Positions 35,790-44,262 of a stretch of DNA of 63,438 nt are shown here, in pieces. The DNA is taken from contig DASQIF010000007.1 of assembly GCA_035631715.1 (NCBI GenBank), positions 1 through 63,438 of the forward strand. The letters are read 5' to 3'. Source of the DNA: Candidatus Acidiferrales bacterium (lineage in GTDB: Bacteria > Chloroflexota > Limnocylindria > P2-11E). The first letter of the stretch is position 1. Each line of letters opens with the position of its first letter. The notes under the pieces were generated by a model. The model was not told the DNA's origin. It worked only from the letters and a program-made list of their open reading frames with translations, and ran no database searches. Both the position numbers and the translations under genes were made by a program.

Positions 35790-35803
35790 CGGTTAGGCCG
35801 GCG
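35775..35803. terminator. stem-loop spanning the fadD stop codon (possible bidirectional terminator)
   Basis: CGCCGGCCTAAC-tagcg-GTTAGGCCGGCG, a 12-bp stem. The loop holds the TAG of the small + strand ORF and the stem holds the TAA of fadD. There is no U-tract. Confidence 0.4.
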
Positions 35804-37553
35804 TCGCGACCTTCGGCTTCTCCGACTCCCCGCGCTTCTTCCGATCCTCTTCCGCCAGCTGACGCCGCAGCGTCTTGCCGATGAGCGTCTTCGGCAGCGA
35901 GTCGCGGAACTCCACCTCATGGGGGACCTTGAACGGGGCGAGCTGCGTGCGCGCGTGGGCGATGAGCTCCTCGGGCGTCGCGGTCTGGCCTGGCCTCAGG
36001 ACCACGAAGACCTTGACCTCCTCACCCTTGATCGGATGTGGACGGCCGATGGCGGCCGAGTCGATGACCGCGGGATGCGTGGCCATCGCCTCCTCGACCT
36101 CGCGCGGGTACACGTTGTATCCGGAGACGATGATCATCTCCTTCTTGCGGTCGACGATCGCGTAATAACCGTCCTGGTCGACCGTCGCGATGTCACCGGT
36201 GTAGAGCCAGCCGTCGCGGATCGTCTTCGCCGTCTCGGCGGGCTGGTTGTAGTAGCCGTCCATCAGCTGCGGCCCGCGGAGGATGAGCTCGCCCGGCTCG
36301 CCGGCGGGCAGGTCGCGCTCGCCGGTCTCGGTGTCGACGATGCGGCACTCGACGTCGGGGTACGGCACGCCGATGGTCCCGATCTTCTGCTTGCCCTCTC
36401 CGTACAGCGGGTTGCAGTGCGTGACCGGCGCGGCTTCGGTGAGGCCGTAACCCTCGACGAGCTTCGCGCCGGTCAGCTCGGTGAACTTCTTGTGCGTCTC
36501 GACCATGAGCGGCGCCGAGCCGGAGATGCACGCGCCGATCGAGCGGAGGTCGTACTTCTTCGCGAGCGGTGAGTTGATGATCGCGTTGTAGATGCGCGGT
36601 GCACCCGGGAACGTCCGGGGCTTGTGCTTCGCGACGTCCTTCAGCACGTGCTCGAGCTCGAACTGCGGCTCGAGCACCATCGCCGCCGCGGCCTGCACGG
36701 CCTGCAGCATGACGACGGTGAGCCCGTACACGTGGAAGAACGGCATGACCGCCATGCCGACGCCGGTGCCGTCGACCTCATCGGAGAACCACGAGCGGCA
36801 CTGGAGGGTGTTCGCGACAAGCGCGCGGTGCGACAGCATGGCGCCCTTCGAGACGCCGGTCGTGCCGCCGGTGTACTGGAAGAGCGCGACGTCGTTCGCG
36901 CGCGTGCCCACGTCGAACGGCGCGGGCGAGCCGTTCCTCACCACGTCGCGGAAGGCGACCGCGCCAGGGTCGCCGGCGAAGGGCTGCCGATGGCCGTCCT
37001 TCTTCTCCTTCGCCAGCGTGAACAGGGTCCGCAGGATCGGTGGCATCTCCTCTTTGATGTTCGTGACGAGCACGCGCTTGATCGCGGTGCCTTCACGCGC
37101 GGCCTTCACCACCGGGTAGAGGCGCGAGAGGACGACGATGGTCTCGGCGCCTGAGTCCTGCAGCTGATGGCGCAGCTCGGGGACGGTGTAGAGCGGATTG
37201 CACGGCACGACGATCGCGCCGGCGCGCAGCGCGCCGAAGAACGCCATGATGAACTGCGGCGTGTTCGGGAGCATGATCGCGACGCGGTCGCCCTTCTTCA
37301 CGCCCATCGTGCGAAGCCCGTTCGCGAAGCGCCAGGTGTCGTCCGAGAGCGACTTGTAGCTGCGTTTCGCGTCGAAGAAGATCGTGGCCGTCGCGTTCGG
37401 GAAGCTCTCTGCCGCATCGTCGAGCAGCGCCTGGACGGTCGCGTCGGTCGGGTACCGGATCGTCGCGGGCACGCCCGGGTCGTAGAACCTGGTCCACGGA
37501 CGCGACACCAGCGGTGCTGGGTCCTTCGTGATGACCTTGATGCGCTTCGCCAT
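35793..37553 (-). CDS. fadD: long-chain fatty-acid--CoA ligase
   Basis: ORF 35793..37634 trimmed to the ATG at 37553, after GGAGGTCGAAGAA. It contains YTGGTTGVSKGAMLSH, EGYGLTEA and YTGDIATVDQDGYYAIVDRKKEMI. Confidence 0.85.
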   Translation of the reverse strand: MAKRIKVITKDPAPLVSRPWTRFYDPGVPATIRYPTDATVQALLDDAAESFPNATATIFFDAKRSYKSLSDDTWRFANGLRTMGVKKGDRVAIMLPNTPQFIMAFFGALRAGAIVVPCNPLYTVPELRHQLQDSGAETIVVLSRLYPVVKAAREGTAIKRVLVTNIKEEMPPILRTLFTLAKEKKDGHRQPFAGDPGAVAFRDVVRNGSPAPFDVGTRANDVALFQYTGGTTGVSKGAMLSHRALVANTLQCRSWFSDEVDGTGVGMAVMPFFHVYGLTVVMLQAVQAAAAMVLEPQFELEHVLKDVAKHKPRTFPGAPRIYNAIINSPLAKKYDLRSIGACISGSAPLMVETHKKFTELTGAKLVEGYGLTEAAPVTHCNPLYGEGKQKIGTIGVPYPDVECRIVDTETGERDLPAGEPGELILRGPQLMDGYYNQPAETAKTIRDGWLYTGDIATVDQDGYYAIVDRKKEMIIVSGYNVYPREVEEAMATHPAVIDSAAIGRPHPIKGEEVKVFVVLRPGQTATPEELIAHARTQLAPFKVPHEVEFRDSLPKTLIGKTLRRQLAEEDRKKRGESEKPKVATPA

Positions 37554-37602
37554 TTCTTCGACCTCCGCCCGCCCCCGGTCTCCGTCTAACTGTATGACCG
37601 AC

Positions 37603-38310
37603 CTACACCTCGGCGATGTGGATCGCCGTCCCACCGAGCATCAGCCGTTCGAAGCGCACGCGTGCGAAACCGGCGGCGCGGAAACGCTCAGCAAGGGCCT
37701 CGGCGCGCGGAAAGTGCTCGATGGAATCCGGCAGATAGCGGTACGCGGCTGCGTCACCGCCGAGGAGCGGCGCGAGGCGCGGCACGACGCCATGGATGTA
37801 CGCACGGAATCCAGCACGCACCAGGGCGTTCGGCGGCATCGAGAACTCGAGCACGACGGCGCGGCCGCCGGCGCGGAGCACGCGGCGCATCTCCCGCAGC
37901 CCCGCGTCGAGATCGCCGAAGTTGCGGATCGCGAATCCCGCGGTCACACGGTCGAACGACGCCGCGGCGAACGGGAGCGCCTGCGCATCGCCCGCACGCG
38001 CCTCGATGCGAGCGCCGAGCGGGCTCGACGCGATGCGACGACGCAGGTGCTCGAGCATGCGCTCCGACACGTCGACGCCGACGACGCGTGACGACGGATC
38101 GGACGAGGCGAGGAGATCGAACGCGAGATCGCCGGTGCCGACGCCGACGTCAAGCGCGACCTCGTCCGCGCCAAGTCGCGCGTGCGACACCGCGCGACGC
38201 CGCCACGACGCATCACGGCCGAGCGAGAGAACGCGATTCAGGAAGTCGTAGCGGCCCGAGACGGTGTCGAACATCGCCGCGACGTGACTGTCGTGTTCCG
38301 AGCGCGCCAT
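37603..38310 (-). CDS. ubiE: demethylmenaquinone/ubiquinone C-methyltransferase
   Basis: 235-aa ORF. It contains FDTVSGRYDFLNRVLSLGRDASWRR (the UbiE/MenG signature region), the SAM motif LDVGVGTGD, and FGIRNF-like GFAIRNF. Confidence 0.85.
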   Translation of the reverse strand: MARSEHDSHVAAMFDTVSGRYDFLNRVLSLGRDASWRRRAVSHARLGADEVALDVGVGTGDLAFDLLASSDPSSRVVGVDVSERMLEHLRRRIASSPLGARIEARAGDAQALPFAAASFDRVTAGFAIRNFGDLDAGLREMRRVLRAGGRAVVLEFSMPPNALVRAGFRAYIHGVVPRLAPLLGGDAAAYRYLPDSIEHFPRAEALAERFRAAGFARVRFERLMLGGTAIHIAEV

Positions 38311-38336
38311 CGCACTTCACGCTAGCGTGACCGAAC

Positions 38337-39149
38337 GTGAACGCGATCGTCACGCTGCCGCTCGTCCTCGCGATCGTGCTGGTCGAGCTCGCGACCGGCG
38401 GCGCCTTCCTGGTGTGGTTCCTCGATCGCCGCGGGCAGGCGCCGGGCGGGTTTCTGAAGCTCACCGCGGGGGTGAACGCGGTCTGCGGCGCGGCTGCGGT
38501 CGGTCTCATCCCGACGATCATCCCGAAGGATCTCGCGACGGTCGGGCTCGACGCGGCGCCGCTCGGCTCGCTCTCGCAGGTGCTCGTCGTGCTGCTCGTC
38601 CTGCTTGTCGCGCAGTTCGCGCTCACGTTCGTCCCGCTCCGCGACGTGCGGAGCATCGCCGGCGCGGTCACGGTGCTCGTCGGCGTCGCGACGCTCGTGG
38701 TCGCGGCGATCTCGCGCCCGACCGCGTCGCCGTACGACATCTTCGCCCTGGTCGCGCTCCCGCTCGGCGCGCTCGCGCTCGGCGGTTCCGACGCGGCGAT
38801 GCTCCTTGGCCACTGGTACCTCGTGACGCCGAAGCTCAGCCCGGCGCCACTGCAGACCGCCGCGCTGCTCGTCGTGCTCGCGGTCGTCCTGCAGAGCGCG
38901 CTCGTCGCGTCAAGCCTCGCGCGCGGCGAGCTCGTCGGCGCGACCGACCAGATCGGCCTGACCGTCGCGATCGGCATCCGCATCGGCGTCGGGCTCCTCA
39001 TGACGCTCGGCGTCGCGCTCGGCGGCTGGTGGACCGCGCGCATGAATACGCAGTCATCGACCGGTCTCCTCTACGTCGGCCTCGGCACCGCGCTGGCCGG
39101 CGAGATCAGCGCGCGTGTGCTGTTCTTCCTCACTGGAGCGCCTGTCTAA
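38337..39149 (+). CDS. hypothetical polytopic membrane protein
   Basis: 270-aa ORF with a GTG start, about 7 hydrophobic segments and high GC3. It is divergent from ubiE with only a 26-nt spacer. Confidence 0.55.
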   Translation: MNAIVTLPLVLAIVLVELATGGAFLVWFLDRRGQAPGGFLKLTAGVNAVCGAAAVGLIPTIIPKDLATVGLDAAPLGSLSQVLVVLLVLLVAQFALTFVPLRDVRSIAGAVTVLVGVATLVVAAISRPTASPYDIFALVALPLGALALGGSDAAMLLGHWYLVTPKLSPAPLQTAALLVVLAVVLQSALVASSLARGELVGATDQIGLTVAIGIRIGVGLLMTLGVALGGWWTARMNTQSSTGLLYVGLGTALAGEISARVLFFLTGAPV

Positions 39150-39181
39150 CGAGCTGGTCCGGCGCTTGCTCGGGAGGTGTC

Positions 39182-39847
39182 ATGCGACTCGCGGCATCGG
39201 TCATCGGGATCATCGGCGCGCTGTGCGGGATCTTCTTCGCGCAGCTGGTCGTGAACATCGGGATGACCCTTGCCATCCTCACGAGCGCCACGCAGGGCGG
39301 CGAGCTCGAGCTCGGCAGTGAGTTCTATATCGGCCTCCTCGCGCTCGTGCTGTTCGCGATCGGTGTCGCCGGTGGCGTGACCGTCGCGCAGCGGCCGCTC
39401 ATCGGCGCGCCATTGCTGCTTGTCTCCGCGGTCGGCGGGCTCGTCACCGCGATCGCCATCAATGGGTCGCCCGCGGAGCAGAGCGGTTCATTCGTCGCGG
39501 ACGTGTTCCCCTACCTCGGACCGGTCCTGCTGTTCCTCGCGACGGCGCTCACGGCATTCGATCTACGTGACGCGCTGCGCGCCGCGGCGCGGCCCGCGGC
39601 CATGGCGCCGACCTCCGCCGCCGGCGCGCCCTTCGCGGCAGCCCCGGTCGCGTCGGCACACGCCGAGCTCGCGTCGGCCGTGCCGATGCCGCTGCTCGCG
39701 GAGCCCGTCGCGAACGCGTCGTCGTTGCGAGAGATCGAGCCCGGTACCTCCTTCGAGTCGATGGAGCAGCAGGGCGAGTTCGTACACGTGCGTGGTCCGG
39801 ACTTCGACGGGTTCCTGCCCGCGTGGAGCGTGCGCCGGGTCGCGTGA
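39182..39847 (+). CDS. hypothetical membrane protein with soluble C-terminal domain
   Basis: ORF 38327.. trimmed to the ATG at 39182, after GGGAGGTGTC. It has 4 TM segments, an Ala/Pro linker, and then a ~55-aa domain (SSLREIEPGTSFESMEQQGEFVHVRGPDFDGFLPAWSVRRV) that looks SH3b-like. The SH3b-like call is weak. Confidence 0.55.
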   Translation: MRLAASVIGIIGALCGIFFAQLVVNIGMTLAILTSATQGGELELGSEFYIGLLALVLFAIGVAGGVTVAQRPLIGAPLLLVSAVGGLVTAIAINGSPAEQSGSFVADVFPYLGPVLLFLATALTAFDLRDALRAAARPAAMAPTSAAGAPFAAAPVASAHAELASAVPMPLLAEPVANASSLREIEPGTSFESMEQQGEFVHVRGPDFDGFLPAWSVRRVA

Positions 39848-39875
39848 GCCGCAGAGGCAGGCCTAGGATCGCGCG

Positions 39876-40067
39876 ATGAAACTTCGCACGATCGTCGCTG
39901 CGGTCATCGCCGTGCTGCTCATCGGCGTGGACTGGCTCGCGTTCCACGACCTCGCCGAGGTGCACACTTTGCGCGACTGGCTCACGTTGCTCGCATCCGT
40001 CCTGGTCCTGATCTACCTCGCCTGGGACATCGCCAGTCAGAAGAGCATCGGCCCCGAGGGGACGTAG
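39876..40067 (+). CDS. small two-helix membrane protein
   Basis: 63-aa ORF with an ATG start and two hydrophobic helices. Its 3' end overlaps the convergent GNAT gene by 31 nt. Confidence 0.4.
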   Translation: MKLRTIVAAVIAVLLIGVDWLAFHDLAEVHTLRDWLTLLASVLVLIYLAWDIASQKSIGPEGT

Positions 40068-40900
40068 CGCGTCATGTCGCCGATCGGGCTCGTCCAGAGC
40101 AGGTGCGATGTGCGGATGAGCCGCAGGCCCGAAGCGAGCGCCACACGCAGCGCGGCGTGATTCATCCCCGGCACGCTCAGGCTCACCGTGCCATGCGACG
40201 CGGCGGCATCGCGCATCGCGTGACCTAGCACGTCATCCGCGACGTCGTCGCTGGTCCACCCGCATGGGCCGACGATCCCGTCGACGATGTAGTAGAAGCC
40301 CAGCAGCTCGCGGCCACTGCGCACGGCGTGCGCCGCGAACCCGTGCTCGCGCCAATACACGTCGTCGACCTCGCGTGAGACGCCGACGAGCTCGCGCTCG
40401 AGCGCGGCGATCTCGCGGTGCTTGAACTCGCCGCTCGTCGAGTCCGGACGCGCCGCAGGGAGATCGCGCGGCTCGCCGGTGAACGTGAAGAGCTGCGCGC
40501 CGGGGAGCATCTCGAGCTTCATGTATGCGGCGAGCGCCGCCTCGTCGATCGAGGCCCACACATAGAAGGAGCGCGCGCCACGCCGCCGTCCCTCCTCGAA
40601 CACCTCGCGCAGCAGCGGCCCGCCGATGCCCTGCAGGCGCAGATCGGGTGACGCCCAGAAGCCGGAGAGGAACCACTGCGCCTCGCGCAGGGTCGCGCAC
40701 GCGAGGGCCACGATCCGGCCGTCGTGCTCCGCCACGCGGAAGATGCCGGTCTTCGCCACGTGCCGGTAGCCGTTGACCACGACGTCGTGGTTGCGGCGCG
40801 CGGGCTCGGCGTTGTGACGGCGGACGAGGTCGTTCAGCGAGTCGAAGAAGAGATCCGCGGCCGCGCCGAACTCGTCGTCGCGGATCGCACGGTTGATCAC
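40037..40900 (-). CDS. GNAT-family N-acetyltransferase
   Basis: 287-aa ORF. The acetyl-CoA region is LQGIGGPLLREVFEEGRRRGA (Q/RxxGxG/A-like), in a two-lobed GNAT-like arrangement. Confidence 0.7.
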   Translation of the reverse strand: MINRAIRDDEFGAAADLFFDSLNDLVRRHNAEPARRNHDVVVNGYRHVAKTGIFRVAEHDGRIVALACATLREAQWFLSGFWASPDLRLQGIGGPLLREVFEEGRRRGARSFYVWASIDEAALAAYMKLEMLPGAQLFTFTGEPRDLPAARPDSTSGEFKHREIAALERELVGVSREVDDVYWREHGFAAHAVRSGRELLGFYYIVDGIVGPCGWTSDDVADDVLGHAMRDAAASHGTVSLSVPGMNHAALRVALASGLRLIRTSHLLWTSPIGDMTRYVPSGPMLF

Positions 40901-40911
40901 GCGAGGCCGGG

Positions 40912-41139
40912 CTATTTCTTGCGCGACTTCGCGGCCTTCGCCTTCTCGATCTTCGCGCGGTCCTCGAGCGCATGCTCGACCGTGTCGAACTTCCGAAGGG
41001 TCTCGCGCCGGTCCTTCTGGACGTCCTTGCGGAACTGCGGGCTGGTGTGCGCGTCGCGCGCCCTGCCCGCATCGCGGAACGCCGCGTCGATGGTCTTCGC
41101 GATCCGGCCGATGGGGTGCTCTTTCGCCTTCTTCGCCAT
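40912..41139 (-). CDS. small Lys/Arg-rich hypothetical protein
   Basis: 75-aa ORF with an ATG start. It lies between the ABC-2 permease and the GNAT gene on the same strand and is highly charged. Confidence 0.45.
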   Translation of the reverse strand: MAKKAKEHPIGRIAKTIDAAFRDAGRARDAHTSPQFRKDVQKDRRETLRKFDTVEHALEDRAKIEKAKAAKSRKK

Positions 41140-41161
41140 GACGCGATTCTAGGAAGCCGGG

Positions 41162-41935
41162 CTAGCGGTTCCGCTCGGCGCGCACGAACGCCCAGGTCCC
41201 GACGACCATGAAGATCGCGAACTCGGCCGCGATGATCTCGAGGTTGGTCGGCAGGTCGGCGAGGGGGACCGATGCCGCGGAGCCGGAGTAATAGACGTCG
41301 CGGACGAGATCGACCGCGTAGCGCATCGGCGCGATCTTCGACAGGATGTCGAGGAACCACGGCAGGTGGCTGATCGGGTTGAAGATGCCCGCGAGGAAGA
41401 ACTGCGGCAGCATCACGAACGGGAAGATCTGGTTGGCCTGACGCTGGTTGTCGAGGCGCGACAGGACGAGCACCCCGAACGCGCCGCCGTAGATCGCCAC
41501 AACGAGGCACGCGAGCGCGAGGCCGGCGAGCACCTGCGGCGTGAAGGGCACCCCGAGCACGAAGCCGAAGAGCACGATCGCGACGGCCTGCGGGATCGCG
41601 ACGAGGGACTCGCCGATGATCTTCCCGAGCACGATCGAGTAACGCGAGATCGGCGAGACGAAGATCTCCTGGCTGAAGTCCTGCTCGCGGTCGGCGAGCA
41701 GCGAGATGACCCCGAGCGCGGTGGATTGCCAGATCGTCTGGGCGAGCACGCCGGTGAACACGAAGACCATCAGGTTGAGCCCACCGGGCTGGCCGAAACC
41801 GGCCTGCAGGCTCGTCCCGAGGATGCCGATGAAGATGAGCGGGAACGCGAAGTCCGCGACGATGCGCGTGCGGTCGCGCAGCAGCTTGATGAGGTCGCGA
41901 TGTGCCAGCGTCAGCACGCCCGAGAGCTCAGTCAT
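41162..41935 (-). CDS. ABC-2 type exporter permease
   Basis: 257-aa ORF with 6 TM segments. Its start overlaps the ATPase stop by 8 nt. Confidence 0.8.
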   Translation of the reverse strand: MTELSGVLTLAHRDLIKLLRDRTRIVADFAFPLIFIGILGTSLQAGFGQPGGLNLMVFVFTGVLAQTIWQSTALGVISLLADREQDFSQEIFVSPISRYSIVLGKIIGESLVAIPQAVAIVLFGFVLGVPFTPQVLAGLALACLVVAIYGGAFGVLVLSRLDNQRQANQIFPFVMLPQFFLAGIFNPISHLPWFLDILSKIAPMRYAVDLVRDVYYSGSAASVPLADLPTNLEIIAAEFAIFMVVGTWAFVRAERNR

Positions 41936-42857
41936 TCTTCGGCATCACGATCTCGAGATAGGCGTCCTCGAGCGTCGGGGTGTGCGTGCGCACGAGTGAG
42001 AGCGGCGTGTCGATCGACTTCAGCACCGGGTGCACGCCGCGGCCCGCGAGGGTGATCTTGAACGGCCCCTCGCCCTCGATCGGCAGCTCGAGCCGGCCCA
42101 GCTCGTCGCGCAGACGCGGTCGGTCGTCGGCATCGACGAGCACGTACTCCTGCACGAGGTCCCGCTTGATGTCCATCGGCGTGCCGTACGTGACGATCTT
42201 GCCCTTGTCGATGATGCAGACGTGGTCCGCCTCCTCGGCCTCCTCGAGGTAGTGCGTCGTGAGGAACACCGTGGTCCCGGACTCGCGGCGGATGGTCGTG
42301 AGGTACTCCCACAGCGTGCGGCGGCTCGGCACGTCAAGACCCGCGGTCGGCTCGTCGAGGAACAGCACCTTCGGCCGATGCATCAGGCTGCGCACGATCT
42401 CGAGCTTGCGGCGCATGCCGCCGGAGAACGTCTTCATCGGCTTGTGGATGTCCTCGGTGATCTCGAGCATGTCGGCGAGCTCGCGCACCTGCTGCCGATA
42501 GGCCGCGGGCATCAGCAGGAACGTCGGCGCGTACGGATACAGGCCGTAGAGGATCGCGTGGAAGCGCACGTTCTCCTCGGCGGTGAGGTTCATGTCCAGG
42601 CTCGGCTTCTGGAAGATGATCCCGACGAGTCGACGGACCGCGCTCGCCTCGCGCACGATGTCGCGTCCGTCGATCGACGCGTGACCGCCGGTCGGCGCGA
42701 GCGTGGTCGTGAGGATCGAGATCGTCGTGGTCTTCCCCGCGCCATTCGGCCCGAGGAGGGCGAAGAACTCGCCCGCGCGGACCTCGAAGGAGATGCCGTC
42801 GACGGCGTTGCGGTCCGCCTTGCGATAACGCTTGACGAGGTCCTCGACGCGGATCAT
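41928..42857 (-). CDS. ABC transporter ATP-binding protein (DrrA/ABC-2 exporter type)
   Basis: ORF 41928..42959 trimmed to the ATG at 42857 (MIRVEDLVKRY...). It has Walker A GPNGAGKTTT, signature FSGGMRRKL and Walker B LFLDEPT. Confidence 0.85.
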   Translation of the reverse strand: MIRVEDLVKRYRKADRNAVDGISFEVRAGEFFALLGPNGAGKTTTISILTTTLAPTGGHASIDGRDIVREASAVRRLVGIIFQKPSLDMNLTAEENVRFHAILYGLYPYAPTFLLMPAAYRQQVRELADMLEITEDIHKPMKTFSGGMRRKLEIVRSLMHRPKVLFLDEPTAGLDVPSRRTLWEYLTTIRRESGTTVFLTTHYLEEAEEADHVCIIDKGKIVTYGTPMDIKRDLVQEYVLVDADDRPRLRDELGRLELPIEGEGPFKITLAGRGVHPVLKSIDTPLSLVRTHTPTLEDAYLEIVMPKND

Positions 42858-42882
42858 CCGCGGGATTTTACGAGCGGCCGAT

Positions 42883-42913
42883 GAACGTGCCGTGTTTGAC
42901 ACAGGCACGGTTC
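42883..42913. promoter_or_regulatory. imperfect palindrome upstream of the ABC exporter operon
   Basis: GAACGTGCCGTGT-ttgac-ACAGGCACGGTTC, 12 pairs with two single-nt bulges. It lies 26 nt upstream of the ATPase ATG. It could be an operator or a 5'-UTR hairpin. Confidence 0.3.
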
Positions 42914-43083
42914 TGGGAAGGGCAGAGCATGGCGCGCGCGAGAGCAAGGCTTGGCCCATGGCAACGATGTGGACGCTGATCGAGACCTGCTTCTACGACG
43001 CGAGGAAGGTGGAGGAGTTGCTCGCGACGCCGGGGAGCCGCCGGCGGATCGGCCCGGCGCTCCAATCGCTCGGGGTCGGGGCC

Positions 43084-43584
43084 CTAGCGGCCCGCGGCGC
43101 GTCGCCGGCCGCGGTGCTCGCGGACCGGCTCCTCGTCGAGCTCTTCCCACTCGCGCGACGAGTACATGTTCGCGGCGAGGCCGGCGTCGGCGAAGATCAC
43201 GATGAGACCCACGACGGCGAGCAGGAACGGCGCGGGGGACGGCGCGGCGCTTCCAAGCTCGAAGCTGCGTAGCACCGCCGACGCCCCGTAGAGCACCAGG
43301 ATCGCGAGCGCCGACAGAATGTCGATCTGCGCGAGGCCGCGCTCGTCCGCATCGACGTCCCAGCGCTCGGCGACCGCCGCGAGCGCTGCGACACCGCACA
43401 CGAGGAACGTCGCGATGCACAGCCACTGCGCGACGATGACGAACCCGTTCGTATCGCTGGATCCGAGCGCGAACCACGACATGAGGTCCGCGGCGGTGAC
43501 GCCGATCGCCAGCCCACCGGCGAGGAAGGCGAGGTGCGAGCGCGGCGAGAAGCCCAGACGGCGGCCCTGGACGAACTCCTTCAC
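43084..43584 (-). CDS. hypothetical membrane protein (4 TM; possibly DUF2231-like)
   Basis: 166-aa ORF with four hydrophobic helices followed by an acidic/basic tail. It is preceded on the same strand by the small Cys-rich ORF. Confidence 0.6.
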   Translation of the reverse strand: MKEFVQGRRLGFSPRSHLAFLAGGLAIGVTAADLMSWFALGSSDTNGFVIVAQWLCIATFLVCGVAALAAVAERWDVDADERGLAQIDILSALAILVLYGASAVLRSFELGSAAPSPAPFLLAVVGLIVIFADAGLAANMYSSREWEELDEEPVREHRGRRRAAGR

Positions 43585-43641
43585 GGGACGCTCATGCTAT
43601 CCGGTCCGGCGTGACGGAGGACCCTCCGTCGGCTCGGGCAG

Positions 43642-43809
43642 TCAGCAGCCCGGCTCGCCGTCGTGGCCGCAGCAGGTCTGCCGCAGCGCGACGCGGAGCC
43701 AGACGTTGCGCGCGGTGACGACGAGCCGGCGCGGCAGCGGGATCTCCGAATCGGTGAAGTTCCTGAGCGCGCGGCCGACGTTCCCGCGCGGGCGGTGATG
43801 GTCGTGCAC
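43642..43809 (-). CDS. unannotated small ORF (55 aa) with Cys-rich C-terminus
   Basis: This is the last 56 codons of the artefactual track ORF 43642..45585. GTG at 43809, VHDHHRPRGNVGRALRNFTDSEIPLPRRLVVTARNVWLRVALRQTCCGHDGEPGC*. Nearly every third position is G/C (2 exceptions in 55), higher than the overlapping + frame. Confidence 0.4.
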   Translation of the reverse strand: MHDHHRPRGNVGRALRNFTDSEIPLPRRLVVTARNVWLRVALRQTCCGHDGEPGC

Positions 43810-43827
43810 GTCCGTACTATCGCCCCG

Positions 43828-44250
43828 ATGTCCGACGACGCAAAGCCAGTGCGCACGTCGCACGGCGAGCTCACTCTCGAGGAGATCGCCGAGCTCCTGC
43901 CGGGTACCGGCGAGATCATGCAGTCGGTCGGGAACACGTGGTGGAAGTGCGCATATGCGGCCCGCGGCGGCAACTGGGACCTCGCGGCCTACTTCGCGCG
44001 CCGCACCCGCGGGCTGCTCCGCGATCTTTCGATCGCGCGGCCGAAGTACACGGGGGACATCGCGACCTTCCTGGACACGCACGTCGCGGTCATCCTCGCC
44101 GCCTGCGAGCGGAGGGACCGCGCCGCGTTCGATGCCGCGCTCGACGCGTCGATCGACGCGGCGAACGCGCTGCACGTGAAGTGGGCGAAGGCCTACATCC
44201 GGTGGAAGCTTCCGGAGGAAGCCCCGAAGGACCTGGACCTCGGACCGTAG
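43828..44250 (+). CDS. hypothetical soluble protein
   Basis: ORF 43663.. trimmed to the ATG at 43828 (MSDDAKPVRTSHGELTLEEIAELLPG...). The 140-aa product looks helical and I recognise no family. The channel gene follows 12 nt downstream. Confidence 0.55.
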   Translation: MSDDAKPVRTSHGELTLEEIAELLPGTGEIMQSVGNTWWKCAYAARGGNWDLAAYFARRTRGLLRDLSIARPKYTGDIATFLDTHVAVILAACERRDRAAFDAALDASIDAANALHVKWAKAYIRWKLPEEAPKDLDLGP

Positions 44251-44262
44251 GCTGACGCCGCG

